This document shows, piece after piece, positions 37,578 to 50,449 of a stretch of DNA of 64,000 nt. A model generated the notes under the pieces. The model was given only the letters and a program-made list of their open reading frames with translations, did not search any database and had not been told where the DNA came from. Source of the stretch: Paragordius varius (taxonomy: Eukaryota > Animalia > Nematomorpha). Positions within the stretch are counted from its first letter, which is position 1; the number at the start of each line of letters is the position of its first letter. The DNA lies in contig OZ176056.1 in assembly GCA_964247055.1 (NCBI GenBank), positions 3,038,001 through 3,102,000 of the forward strand, given 5' to 3'. A program made the translations under genes and the position numbers.

Positions 37578-40500
37578 TAGTATGATAAAATAATAAGAGC
37601 CTAAGAATATAAATTAAATATGGTGAAAATTAACAGCTTATACAAGAATAAGAATGATTTTGTCGTTTTTGGTCAAATAAGCTATTTCAAAAACGGTGAT
37701 GAAAGCAATTTTAGAATATGCAGGATAAAAATTATTCATGTGAGAGTTTCAATTCATATAATATAAAAATATAAAATAAACCAAATTTGAAACCATTTGA
37801 TTAAGTAATTATAAAACCGAAATCAGTTGTCCAAAGCGTTTTTATTTAAAAAAATTTGTTTAGTAACCACAAACTATATCAATAAAATGGTAAATTTTTC
37901 AATTTCACTTCTTAAATAATTTTCATCATATCAATATACAATTAATAAATTGATTAATTAAGCGTCTCGCATTATAACGGTTAAAATTTTCGTGAAATTG
38001 AACATTGTTTCATTCAATAAAATGATATCTTGGCCCATGTGAAGGTGTCTCTACCTTCACCGAAATGGGCTCGTTTTAAATCATATGTTTATTTTATGTG
38101 AATGTTGAGTGTACTTTTTGATTTGAGGTGGAACAGTCGCTGAACGAATAGCCAGCCTCGGACTAGATGTTGTCTGTGGGATGGGACCAAACCTATAAAT
38201 AATAGATAAAAAAAGATTTAAGAAACTTACTTGGACGATTAAAATATGATATATACCCAGGATTATCCACTATAGTGTCGAATGTTGATGGATAGTAATT
38301 ATATGGCATTTTTTAGTTTTAATTGCCAACGAAAATTATACTGGACTAAAAATTAGAGCTAATTAAAAAATACCCAAGTATTTATTTAGTTTTAATGCCT
38401 TCTAATATAATTAAAATTTTTGATAATATTTTCAACAAATATTTGTCAGCTAAAATATTATAATGTGTTTACTTTATTTGGAACACTTTTCAGAATTCAA
38501 AAATTCCATATAGTTCAAAAGTTATTAAGTATTAAAAATCCTACGATCCTCAATTTTATATGCTCGTTTTATAGCACGCAAGTGAAGGTAGGATGAGCTT
38601 TTTATCTTCACCAAAAGAACGAATGTATGAACATTGTTTCAACCTTCACATGGGCACTTATGTCTTAACTTTTTTAAAAAACAAAATTAACAAATCTATT
38701 AAAAAAACCATTTTTTAAAGGAAGAAATATTTAAATATTTGTTTAAAATGATTTTTTCTTTTATATTATCGCTCGTTAATATTTTAAAATTTAAGAGTTT
38801 ATATGCATAAATGATTTATTAGTCCGTATCTTAAAAATTTAGTAAAAATTATTTTGTAGAAACATAATAGCAAACATTATATTTATATTTCGAATTATGC
38901 CATAAAAAATTATATAGATGTATTGATGGTCGTTTAGAGTTGATTAAGAACACAGCTTTTATGGAAACTGTAGCCATATATGCCAAATATTGGAAGAGGC
39001 GAAATGCTTTTAAAAATTAATCAGTAGGTTTATATCTGGAAAGCGATTTGGCTAATTTTATTTGGCAAAAGTTAATCATACAAAACAGTCTGAGATTCAA
39101 TAGTGGTGAAAAAAGGCTAAAAGGTGGGATTGAGCGAAAATTTTAACATTTGTTGCAAACTAAACTGGTATGCCATTCTTTAATAAATAATGAGTTCGGT
39201 TTTGTTTGTCCACATTGTCGGAAACCAGCTTCGGTAAATTTCTGCTGTGTTTAACTTTATATATCAAAATCATAGTTAAACTTTTTCATCGATTCAGATA
39301 TGTTGCAAAAACATATAAAATTTTAATATACATCTTATGAGCATTATTAGATCAATACTTTTTAACTTTTCCAAGTTTACCTTTTGGGGTAGCTTTGTAG
39401 CCTAGAGCTCAATTTTGAAAATAAACTATTAGTTATTTTAGTTAAAATCTAATTACCAAACCTTTTAGTAGTAGAAAAAAAGCTTATATTTACAGATTTG
39501 TGACATTTAGAATATAGACAGCTCCATAACACGATTAAAATGAACAGCTGAAAATTAAAATATATTAGTTTTTGCTTTTTTAAAATTAATTATTTACATT
39601 TTGTTTTCTAATTATAACATTCATTTATTTGCCTTGCATAGTGATTTAAAAAAATCATAAATGATGGCAGAAAGTTTGAGATAAGGATTTTTTGCAATTT
39701 TTCATTTATTTAAAAAAAATTTGTATAATGTTACTAAAAGATTATAGAAGCATATTTTTAAATTCGACTTAATCTTAAGTATTTTTTAAGATATTCATTT
39801 AAATGGCTCGGATATAAAACTACTCATTAAATTTATTTTATTACAAATTCCTTGTTTGCTTATGGATTAATTAATCCTATATAATTTAATATTATATGAT
39901 TGCGACTCTTTTATATTTTAAGGAAAATGATTGAAGAATTGGCTGGGAACTTTGCTATTATTTATATCTTTTAATCATAATTATAAAGACTTAGGTTGGG
40001 TTTAAAAAGATATTTTTGAAAAGAATTAGGATCACTTTAAAACCACTATGAATGTATAATGTTTATGCAATTTAATTTTAATTGTGAAAAAGATTTCCAT
40101 CATCATTGAAGGCAAATATGTTATTTTAAATGTTTCATAATTTTCAAAAAATATAATTTTCTTAATAATTAACAGGATTTTATAAAAAACTTAATTATAA
40201 TTAGCTAGATCGGTTATTATAAGAGGCCAGGAGGCACCCAGGAAATAGTGTTGTTCAAGTTCAATAACAAAACAATTTCTTATTTAGTATAATATAATAA
40301 ACTTTTATTTTCAAGGTATAATTGTAATTAATAACCAAGGATAATGTATGTAATCTATTCGAATAGTAAACAAGGGATGTTAGGATACATTATACAAGTA
40401 TCAATTACATATCAAATTACGGGGTTGGCATTGTCTATACATTTTTAATTTTCGACTAAATTTCAAGGTAAATTAATGAACCCATATATATATATATATA

Positions 40501-40598
40501 AAATAAATATTTTCGTATATAATAAATTATATTTTGCATCCCCAGCTCTGATAAATTCTAAGTCCATAAGTATTTTTTTGAATTTTTTTTTGGCAGTT

Positions 40599-41003
40599 AT
40601 GAAAACAACACTAATTTTATTTGGCCTTTGTATTGTGTGGAAAACATATCATTGCTATCGCTTCAATCTTATATCTGGTCCAGATTTAAATGGAGTTTTC
40701 GGTACGAATCCTGTAAAACATTTGAAATCTTATGGGAATAACCAAACAATAAATCCCCCCGATACCCTAGATGACTTAAATTTTGACGCCCTAAAAGAAA
40801 ATAATGGGCCAGATAAGTCGAAGTCAGTCAAGGGTAAATCCAAACTTACCTATGTGAGACACAGTGCTTTTGGAAAAACGTCGGAATTTACATTTCTAAG
40901 TCCGGAGCAGGCCCAATTATTTAACCAATCATTTGAAACTTTACCCATTCAACTTCAAAAACATTTAATCGATATATTTAGCATCAATCCAAACTATTAT
41001 TGA
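40599..41003 (+). CDS. Small predicted secreted protein, 134 aa, unknown family
   Basis: Lies within ORF 40476..41003. ATG at 40599 gives MKTTLILFGLCIVWKTYHC, a signal-peptide-like N-terminus. A 27-nt GT-AG candidate intron (40570-40596) ends 2 nt before the ATG. The upstream extension is YIYI low-complexity sequence. Confidence 0.7.
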   Translation: MKTTLILFGLCIVWKTYHCYRFNLISGPDLNGVFGTNPVKHLKSYGNNQTINPPDTLDDLNFDALKENNGPDKSKSVKGKSKLTYVRHSAFGKTSEFTFLSPEQAQLFNQSFETLPIQLQKHLIDIFSINPNYY

Positions 41004-43921
41004 TAAAATTAATAAATTAGTCTAAATATTTATCTACATAGAGAAATATTATTGGGAAAAAGGGGAAAGGGGGGTATAAACTGGTTAATAAAGTTAAATT
41101 ATGTAATTATTATTGTTGGGAAGTATATGTTTTCTTTTAATTTTACTAAGAAAAGCGAAGAAAATTGCTGATTTCTTCTTAATTCTGATTTAAATTGTCA
41201 TTTATATTATATCGCTGTACTCTAAATTTAATCATCAATTTGTTGTTTGAAGCGGACATAGATTGGTTTATTCAATGTTAAAGTAATTCCAATAGTTTTA
41301 ATTAAACACGCTATAAGCATAGACGTAATTATTTTTCTGTATTTGATGAAATTATATATGTATAAATAAATAAGGTTACAATTGGTAATTACTTTCAGTT
41401 AAAATTGAATAAAAAATATCCATATGTAATTGATTGATACTGGGTAAAAACGGTTATAAGGCGCTTTTAAAGAGCAGAATAAACAAGAATTATTCAAAGA
41501 CACATTCGCAGGCTGCATTTAAATAAAAAATAATCGATTATGGCAATGGTTATTTTGGGCCTGATATTATAAAATTAACACTTTTTATTTGCCTGAATTT
41601 CCATCTAATTATATTTGAATGGAGCATTTATTAAAGTCTTGTATAATATTTTTTTAGCGGATAGTAATAAAGACATTTCAACTTCGGTTATGCGATGTAA
41701 ATTAGCGCATCTAAAAACTATTACCTAATGTTCGATATAGCGTTTTTTTTCAAACTCAATTTTAATTTCAAATATAACATATATTATTATAATGTGACCA
41801 GATAGGCTGTTTTTCGCATTACATTATTGGGTTATCCAAAAAAACTGCCCCTGTACTGGGCTGACTTTTCTGTGTTTTGAAATAAGAATTTTATTAGTTT
41901 ATATTAATTACCTTTTATACAAAAAATTCTTGTAGAATTTGATACACTACTTTTATTATAATAACCCCATTTTGTAAAAAACATAAATGGTCAATTTTGG
42001 GATAAAAAATCAAGATTTTCCTATTTTTTATTGGTTAATATATTATTTCTGCTTGAATTATACATGTCGGGTTTTGTACCGATCAAAGCGCTTATGAATG
42101 CTGTTGCGCAGTGACGGAACTATATATTTTAGACTTCACCGCAAGATTTAGTCTAACCTTATATTTAAAATTAACACAAAATAAATTTATGATATTTAGT
42201 AAATATTTAATTATTTGATCTTTTTTCACTAAAGTTTCAGTTAATTTAGGTTTGGTTTAAGTATACATTAAATTTCACAGTGTTAACAAAAAAATATCCC
42301 CATGAAATAGATATGTTTTGATAGGAAAGGATTATCATGGTGCTTTTGATATTGGAGCTTACGTTTGAGAAAGTGATTATTTTGTGGGCTCGATATCAGA
42401 TAAAGCATGATTTGATTACATTTTTTATAAATAAGATTTTTTTGGTGGAAGCTGAATACATTCAAAAAAACAACACTAAAATGTGTTAAACTACAAAAAA
42501 ATTTACTTTTAGAATTTTGTTTAGGCTTATTTCATACTATTTTAAAAATATAAAAACGCAAGGAATTATAAAAAAACCATTTCTATGTGATTCGAGGAAG
42601 TCGAACACTATCACCTGCGAATTTGTGTGAATTTTTGTAAAAACAATTTATATATAAAAAAAAAGACGAGCGTAATCATGTTTCTGAGATGATAAAAATA
42701 TTAAACATCATCGAATTATAGAGAAAAGTGTTTTTGTAATATCTTAAAGGGTTTTTATACCATTTCCATCATGCATCAAAATAGTATGAAAGCGCGCATC
42801 AAAAAAATTTGGAAAAAATAAATTTTTAAACAATATATGCATTTTTTCAGAAATATGCTTTTTTGATGCGATAAGCATTTAATTCGCGCGATGGCGGCAT
42901 TTTTGCGTTTGTTTTAAGAGACTAGCCTATTTTTAGGACAAAATATTTGGGAGTTTTGGAGCCCACATCTAAAATTTTTTTTTAAATATTGTTTTGCTTT
43001 TTAAAAAATGTAGTTTATGTATTTTAATGATATTTTTTGGAGGAATGAATCAATTAGTTTTCACCTATTTATTTAACAATGTGTGATTTTTTGATCGGGA
43101 CTATTATCTGCATAAGCGTAAATAACTTTTCTAAATCAATCGTAAGGGCTAAAACTAAAAGCACCATGAGAATCCTGATACATTTTCCCAATAAAATATA
43201 TAAATATATATTTCATCAAGATATTTTTTATACCCCTTGATTTCGGATACAGTGTTTAGGGGCCGTTTTTGTTTTTTCGCCAAGTGTGTTATTTTTAAAT
43301 AAAATGCTTTTTTTAACGAAACTAAATTTACAAATTAAATAAAAAAATTAACTACGTAATTAAATTTATATTAGTATATATAAATCAGGGAAGATTAAAG
43401 CCGGAATTGCTTGTCAATTTTTATATCATTTTGTAACTTTGTAATATGATAAATGCAAAATATGCTATTTTACAATCTTTTATTATGATTTGTTTGCTTT
43501 TTGGCTATTAACGCGCATAGTTTATTTATCTTAAACCTAAAAATATGATTTAAGTAAGTCCAAAAGTTGAGACCGAAATTGAGAGGAACCGGATTGGAAC
43601 TAAAAGCGGTTTCGGTTCCAATCCGTGATATTATTGAATATTAATTGTTTCTAATGGCTTTTAAATATTTAATAATAATATTATCATTTGATATGCCACA
43701 CTAAAAATTTGGTGTAAAAACATAGGCAGAGTTAATTTAATATTGTACTGCGTCAAGCTTAAAAATATCTGGTCATTTTAGGATATTTTACTGTTTCCTA
43801 TGATTTTAAGAATAAAAAATAATAATAAAAACTTTGAGTCTCTTCTCTTAAATAAATTTGGTTATCATAAGGTGCGCAATTCACATTTTGAATTTTAGCT
43901 ATAATAAAAAATCATCAAGGT

Positions 43922-44052
43922 AGCATCTAAAAACGGATAGACCTAAAGGTATAATCTAATTTCTAATTTGGAAACCAAATTTCATGCCATAAACATCTAG
44001 TTTCAACAGTTGATAAGTTATATTTTCAGCATGGATGCATTTATATATATTA
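43922..44052 (+). repeat. Dispersed repeat fragment shared with 54160-54263
   Basis: GCATCTAAA...CTAAAGGTAT.ATCTAATTTCTAA...ATCTAGTTTCAA..TTGATAAGTTATATTTTCAGCAT.GGATGCATTTATATATATTA occurs at both sites. Confidence 0.7.
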
Positions 44053-44766
44053 TTTTTTTATTAATATATATTTACTTAAAAAGTGACAGGAATCAGCTTT
44101 TAATGTCATCACGTTGGTTGTTTGCAGGAAATCTAATAAAAAAATTATGGCATATGGAAATAAAAATTGCTGTAAACCAATAATAATAATCATGACAAAA
44201 ATAAAATTATAGTTATATTCGCCATATTTTCTCATAAATGTTGTATGTTTTAGATTTTTTGGTTTGCGTGTCAATGCTTTCCATTACTGTATATATATAT
44301 ATATATAATATTATTTTTTCGTATTTTATATAAAACATTTTTTTTGCCACAAATATTTTGCCTGATAAAAATATTATAAATGTCAACTAAAAATTATCAT
44401 TTGGTGACATATGATTCGGATGGATTAAAAAATAAATTCGAGAATTGGATTTTGACGATTGATCAGACCACTTTAGACGTATAATGCAATATATATATAT
44501 CATTTATTTACATTTCATATAAAACAAAAATTAAATAAATATACCAGAGGGATTTTTAACAAGCTTTTTTAGTTACGCAAAAGTCCTCTAAAGAATATTT
44601 TATTTTGGTTGTCATTCAAAAATTTACGATTTAGGAAATATATAATCCGAAATTGGGCTCAAAATAAATGAAAGAAACCAAAAATTATCAAACAGCTGAT
44701 AAAGATATTTGTGTTGGGCACCCCTGATACATACAATGGAGCATGTGATGACCCCTTCTTTTTTAA

Positions 44767-45348
44767 CACTTGGATACAACACACTCATTTTAGTCCTTCG
44801 ATTCAAATTGGGGTAGTTGGATACCCCAGGCCTGTTTAAAATAAAATTCTTTAAAAAATATAGAAGGAATCAAAACGATGGCAAAATTTTGCACTTATCT
44901 AACATTAATAAACCGAAATATATAAAAAAATTTATTCAAAAATACTTGATATTACTTATTATAAGCTAAAACTGAAAGGTAAAAATTTTGTCAACGTGAC
45001 ATGTGTCAAATTGTAAAATTAAAAAATAATACAAAATAAACCGCTTTTTCTATTTCTATCAATGTTAGATGTAATTTATATAAAAAATAAGCTTTAGTTT
45101 TACCCTTAGAATTAAATAAAAACGATATTTTGCAAAAATTTTGTAAAATAAAAATGGCGTCGAAGTAGTTTGAGATGGAGCTTTTTTTTCAAAACAAAAT
45201 TTCATCAAGATGTTTTGGCATATTTATATAATATTTATCAGGATAGAAGCATAAATTTATATTGGGACCGTTTCCTTCAGTAGTTTTTTAAAAATATTAA
45301 TTTAAATTTAGTCTGGGGTATTTAGATACCCCAATTTGAATCGAAGTG
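44767..45348 (-). mobile_element. piggyBac-like MITE, full-length (582 bp)
   Basis: TTAA|CACTTGGATAC ... GAATCGAAGTG|TTAA. The paralogous empty site near 56650 has a single TTAA. Confidence 0.92.
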
Positions 45349-45575
45349 TTAAAAGTTTAAAATTTTAATTTTTTATTTTGAAATTAAATCAATAAATTTT
45401 AGTTAATTTTACATATAATATTTGAAATAAATTATAAAAAATGTTTTTAATATTTTGATTATTTTTGGCTCATGATAAGGGTTCATATCAAAATAGAACT
45501 TTTTTTTAACATCGGAAAAAATGCTTAAGGATCAGCATAAGCTAATTAGTTGGGTTCTGTTTACATGCCTTAGAG

Positions 45576-45812
45576 CAGTGGTGCCCTACACAAATCGCTT
45601 TGCAGGCCGCACAAAACATATGGACATTTATTTTAGTATATTTTAAACAATGGACTGTAATATTTTACGATTCTCGCTAGTGCATAGCCTAAATTTGGGA
45701 TGATCATACATGGTTAAGAAAATCATTTAACATGGATTTGGAAAATTTTGTATTTAAAATTTCTCGAGGGCTGATGAAATATTTCGGAGGACAGCGTGTT
45801 GGAGCACCTCTG
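45576..45812. mobile_element. hAT (Charlie-like) MITE, 237 bp
   Basis: Termini CAGTGGTGCCCTAC / GTTGGAGCACCTCTG with 8-bp TSD CCTTAGAG / CCTTAGAA. A degenerate counterpart starts near 56888. Confidence 0.7.
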
Positions 45813-46029
45813 CCTTAGAATGAAATTTCTATTTTCGGGTTGATTGAATTGATTTTAAATAAATGGTGGAATCTTAAAAAATTAAAAAATAATCTGGTGC
45901 ATATTTCATCACATCTTGTATGGTAAAATTCTTCCAAACATTTGACAATTTTCTATAATTACAAAGGCTTTTTGTTGGAAATTTTGCTGTATTTTTTGGT
46001 TAAAATGCGTTCAGCAATGACGATATTAA

Positions 46030-46611
46030 CACTTCGATTCAAATTGGGGTATCTAAATACCCCAGACTAAATTTAAATTAAAATTTTTAAAAAACTACTG
46101 AAGGAAACGGTCCCAATTTAAATTTATGCTTCTATCCTGATAAATATTATATAAATATGCCAAAACATCTTGATGAAATTTTGTTTTGAAAAAAAAGCTC
46201 CATCTCAAACTACTTCGACGCCATTTTTATTTTACAAAATTTTTGCAAAATATCGTTTTTATTTAATTCTAAGGGTAAAACTAAAGCTTATTTTTTATAT
46301 AAATTACATCTAACATTGATAGAAATAAAAATAGCGGTTTATTTTGTATTATTTTTTAATTTTACAATTTGACACATGTCACGTTGACTAAATTTTTACC
46401 TTTCAGTTTTAGCTCAAAATAAGTAATATCAAGTATTTTTGAATAAAATTTTTTATATATTTCGGTTTATTAATGTTATATAAGTGCAAAATTTTGCCAT
46501 GGTTTTGATTGCTTCCATACTTTTTAAAGTTTTTGATTTTAAACAGGCCTGGGGTATCCAACTACCCCAATTTGAATCGAAGGACTAAAATAAGTGTGTT
46601 GCATCCAAGTG
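46030..46611 (+). mobile_element. piggyBac-like MITE, full-length (582 bp)
   Basis: TTAA|CACTTCGATTC ... CATCCAAGTG|TTAA. It is absent from the paralogous site near 57335. Confidence 0.92.
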
Positions 46612-46798
46612 TTAACCAAAAATATTTTTTAACATTCAGGCTATTTTAACAGTTTCCAGCCTAAGAGCTTCCAATCGGTTTAGCTTTGTTTAAGTTAAAA
46701 ATAAAAGTGATCATAAAAAAAAGATATAGTTTGTTTGAATTGCTTTTTATTCATCCAAACTGATATTATCACAAAAATGTACACTCAATATATATATA

Positions 46799-47073
46799 CC
46801 ATTTTTGCCTCACATGCACCCTGGAACAATTGATATTCACAAATGAAATTGAAATTATATGCTTTTAAATTTCAAAAATTACCCGTTATTTTTCATGTCT
46901 ACTAAAAATTAAAAATTTCGTTAACAATTAACCTTATCCACAATCAATAATATACTGTAATAAAAATTATTTTATAATATTGATGATTCAAATTAGCCTA
47001 AAACCACACATGATTTATGTTTAAAGTGATTTGGGTGAATTTGGATTGTACAAGGGTGAATTTAAGTAAATGG
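46799..47073. mobile_element. TA-flanked MITE (family of 1342-1610)
   Basis: TA|CCATTT...CACCC..GAACAAT ... ATTGTACAAGGGTGAA...AAATGG|TA. Confidence 0.5.
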
Positions 47074-48519
47074 TATATGTATATGACATTTAATGTTGGA
47101 ACAAAATTTTTAAATAAATAAAAAAGATCTTGCTGAATTAGATGTTAAAAGGCTTTATATGCTTTGTAATTATAATTACCCTAAAATAAAATAGGCCAAA
47201 ATGCTTTCCGAGTTGCCTAAATGTAATATTATATTTTAATGTATATTATATACAGCATATAGAATTTTAGTCTGATTGTGATAACTACTTTCTTCCTAGG
47301 TATCAGATCATTTTAAAACGACAATACCTACTCATTTTTTATAAACTATTAATTTCCAAAATTTAGAATTTACGTGTATTTAGGATTTGTGTTTCTTAAA
47401 AATTAATTTTTTTATAAAGGGAATTACTTAAGGTATGTAATTCAATTAAAATCTCATTACTGCATTCCTATATTAAATACCTCAGGAACATTGCAGAATA
47501 TTCATCGATTGACTTTATTTTGTCAAACACTTAATGAACGTGACATTTGACTTTAAAAAAAGACTTTCCACATTTAAAAGTTCAACTAGGCCCATTAAAA
47601 TCCGAAAAATGCCTGGCGAAAATTTTATTACTATAAAAACATTCATTTTTTAGCCCTACGGCTTAAATTACAAACTCGGGATTGGGAATGCTACAAAAGT
47701 TTTTATAAATCAAATAAATTCCATAGTTTATAAATCAAATTATCTGGGATCTTTTAAACATGCGTAACATTTACCAGATTTAAAAAACGGTTAAGTAATC
47801 GCGTATGAGAGCACTAAGCAGAAAGCATTGAACCAATCCAGATTAAAATTAACTTAAAATTAATAAAATACCTATAATAATTACTGAGTATTTATATATT
47901 TTTATTATTTTACATCAATAGATTTATTCCGGGAACAGTGAAAAATTGTTACAAGCTGCCATAATGTTTTATGGTACAGATTATTGTTTGATACCCACTA
48001 TTGATATGGAAAATTATAGAGATCCTCATGACAAACCAAACAAGATTGTGAATGTTTAATAACCAGATTTAACACAATAAAACTTTTATTACAATTTAGA
48101 TATAAATTTTTGAATGCATATACAGTGGACCTCCCCCTATAACACTGAGCACAAAATCAATTTATATAATATTTAATATATAATTTCTGATAGATTATCA
48201 AAAATGGTGCTTTTGGTTTGGCCTTACATTGATTTAAAAGTTTAGTACCACTTTTGTGGTAACTGCTCCATTTCCGTACATCATGCTGAATAAAGTTTAT
48301 TGGTGAAAGCAGATCACCAAAAAATGAATATATATCATATATATATAAGGTGACCAAATTTTTTGAAGGAAAAAGCGGGACAAATCCGAGAAGGGGGGGT
48401 CATTGGTGGGTACAACCAAAAATTTTTAAATTAATTGTAATATTTATTTATTTTTAACACAAATACATTATAAAAATAAGAAAATTTGTACCTTACAGGT
48501 TGTTTGTACCTTATTCAAT

Positions 48520-50400
48520 AAATTTAAATGTGCACGAACAAAGGGTGAAGTGATTGTAATATTCTAGAAAAAAGTAATAAAGACGAATTCATCACAAAGT
48601 GCGCTGGGTTATGCAAGAAGCGGCACAAAAAATATTTTTAACAATTTAGCGAATAATCTTAATCAAAACATTATTGGCAGATACATAAGCTATTCAAACA
48701 GCTACTGATTTGTTACCCCTGGATGTGAAAAATATAGATGTTAAATGCTTGGATATTTAAGAACTGTTGGTTAGCTCTTTTGCCAGCGATTGAAATATTT
48801 ATAAAAATGTGATCTCCTAGAATCCTATTTTTTATCACAGGACAAAGGTCAAAATTCCGAGTCAAAAAAGGTAAGAAAATAATTTTATACCATTACCTAA
48901 TCGCAATATTATAAAGCATCCAGAAAAACAAGGCTCAATGAATAGCCAGAATATAAAAATGTTTTATACAAACAGAAACGATTATTTGGAAGACAAGATG
49001 GTGCACAATGACACTTTTTTATGAAGTCTCATTATTAAATAAATATATTGAATGAAAACTTATATTATGGACAACAGAAAAAAATACGTAGGATAGAAAT
49101 GGTTAAAATAATCATTTTTAAAAATTATGTTCCATACAATAATATTTTAATTGTAGAATTTGCATTATCTTTACCTGAACCACTGCTATTGAACGCGTTT
49201 TTCCACAGTAAATTAGGACACGGAATCAAATTTAAATGTTGAATAAAAGCCATTTTATGTGTTCAAATATAACACTAGACAACAAATTTTAACTTTTTTT
49301 AACTGCCATTCTTGTAAATTGAAAATTTATTTCATTAAAGTACATAATTAGTATATCTGAAAAGAAAATTGGTCTAGTAGCATGAAAGAATTTTTTTTTA
49401 TTAGAGTTTATCGATAATTTTTGGCCCCGATTTAACATTAAACTCGAAATTTCGAAAATTAAAAGTTTAAGATATGAAGCCATGTATTTTATATCATTCG
49501 AAAGAGCGCAAAAAACTGCATTAATTCATTTAAATCAAACGGATGTAAAAGTTATTTGGATTTAAATGGTCGAAATTTTCAATCCTTAAATAAGTCAAAA
49601 ATTTTCACAGACAAACTCATTTGAAAATCATATAAATTATTTTAATATAATTATTAGGGTTATATTAGTATTTAATTTAAAAAAAATGTTTGAAAAAGCT
49701 TTTGGTTTGCCTTTTTAATAAAATTTATTATTATCATAAATTTTTCTAGTGGATACTAAAATGCATAGTTATAACTGTAAATTTATTACATAATGGCTAT
49801 AAAAGATCAAAAATTAAACTTTGTTTTTATCTTTAAAATTTCGAAATTATCAGCCTCGTAAAGAAAATAAATTAATAATGATGAGATGCTAATTTTTAAA
49901 AAACAAAAAACTTAAAAATGGCTGTTTTGAATGATTAAAAGCAATAAATAATGTTTTAATCAAAAAAACTTTCTAGTGTTATCTTTTTTTGACATTCATC
50001 ACCAATTAACAAAGTTTGAGCTATTTTCATCCATTAGTTTTAAAAATATAATAAATAAAAAAATGCTCTCGCTTTGCGCGTTTGTCGCTCTTTGTGTCCA
50101 ATATTAACTGTCAATACATATTAGTATGCATTTTATAGAGTTTTTATTACTCTTTCGAATGATATATTACAAATGGGCATTACTTGTATATTTTCATTTT
50201 TATTAAAATTTTGATAAAGAAGGCGCATAATCAAAAAAATCAAATTATACAAAATTCTTCCATCGAGTTATAATTTTTATTTCCGATTTACTGTTAAAAT
50301 GATACTAAATATCAGAAAATGCAAAAAACTCGAGTGGCAGAAAAATTTGTTGTCCAGTGTAATTTGACAAATTATGAAGACTTATACAATATTTTAAGTA
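48520..50400 (+). pseudogene. Older, heavily decayed hAT transposase segment, inverted relative to the main copy and split by a Chapaev3-like element
   Basis: AAATTTAAATGTGCACGAACAAAG (KFxCARTK), the GGYARSGTKNIF region, YNNILIVEFALSLPEP (ORF 49048..49242), and AAATA-TAA-[insert]-TAA-TTTGACAAATTATGAAGAC are all homologous to the minus-strand transposase. Confidence 0.75.
49273..50358 (-). mobile_element. Chapaev3/CMC-like non-autonomous element (1086 bp)
   Basis: TAA|CACTAGACAACAAATTT ... AAATTTGTTGTCCAGTG|TAA: a 17-bp TIR starting CACT(A/G) with a 3-bp TWA TSD. Confidence 0.85.
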
Positions 50401-50449
50401 ATTTTGTTTATTTTTTAATATAAAAACTTTATAAATATAAGAAAATATT

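Larger units (their letters stand above)
44590..47380 (+). repeat. Large composite repeat, copy 1 (paralogue of 56480-58140, plus two piggyBac-like MITE insertions)
   Basis: Colinear homology with 56480-58140 once 44767-45348 and 46030-46611 are removed (e.g. CACCCCTGATACATACAATGGAGCATGTGATGACCCC; CTTGCTGAATTAGATGTTAAAAGGCTTTATATGC). Confidence 0.85.

Noticed and set aside
36045-37585. Repeated ORFs (36045..36326, 36579..36836, 36601..36897, 37152..37383, 59071..59280) as a paralogous gene family
   Set aside because: They are chance frames in Helitron units. Frames differ and break between copies, and there is no RepHel similarity.
39150-39260. FVCPHCRKP zinc-finger-like motif
   Set aside because: The frame is only ~35 codons between stops and no second metal-binding pair or joinable exon was found.
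40570-40601. AG acceptors just upstream of start codons (also near 3770, 27738-27752 and 33592) as evidence of spliced-leader trans-splicing
   Set aside because: At 40596 a cis donor 27 nt upstream explains the acceptor. The others are weak, AG is common, and no SL RNA gene is visible.
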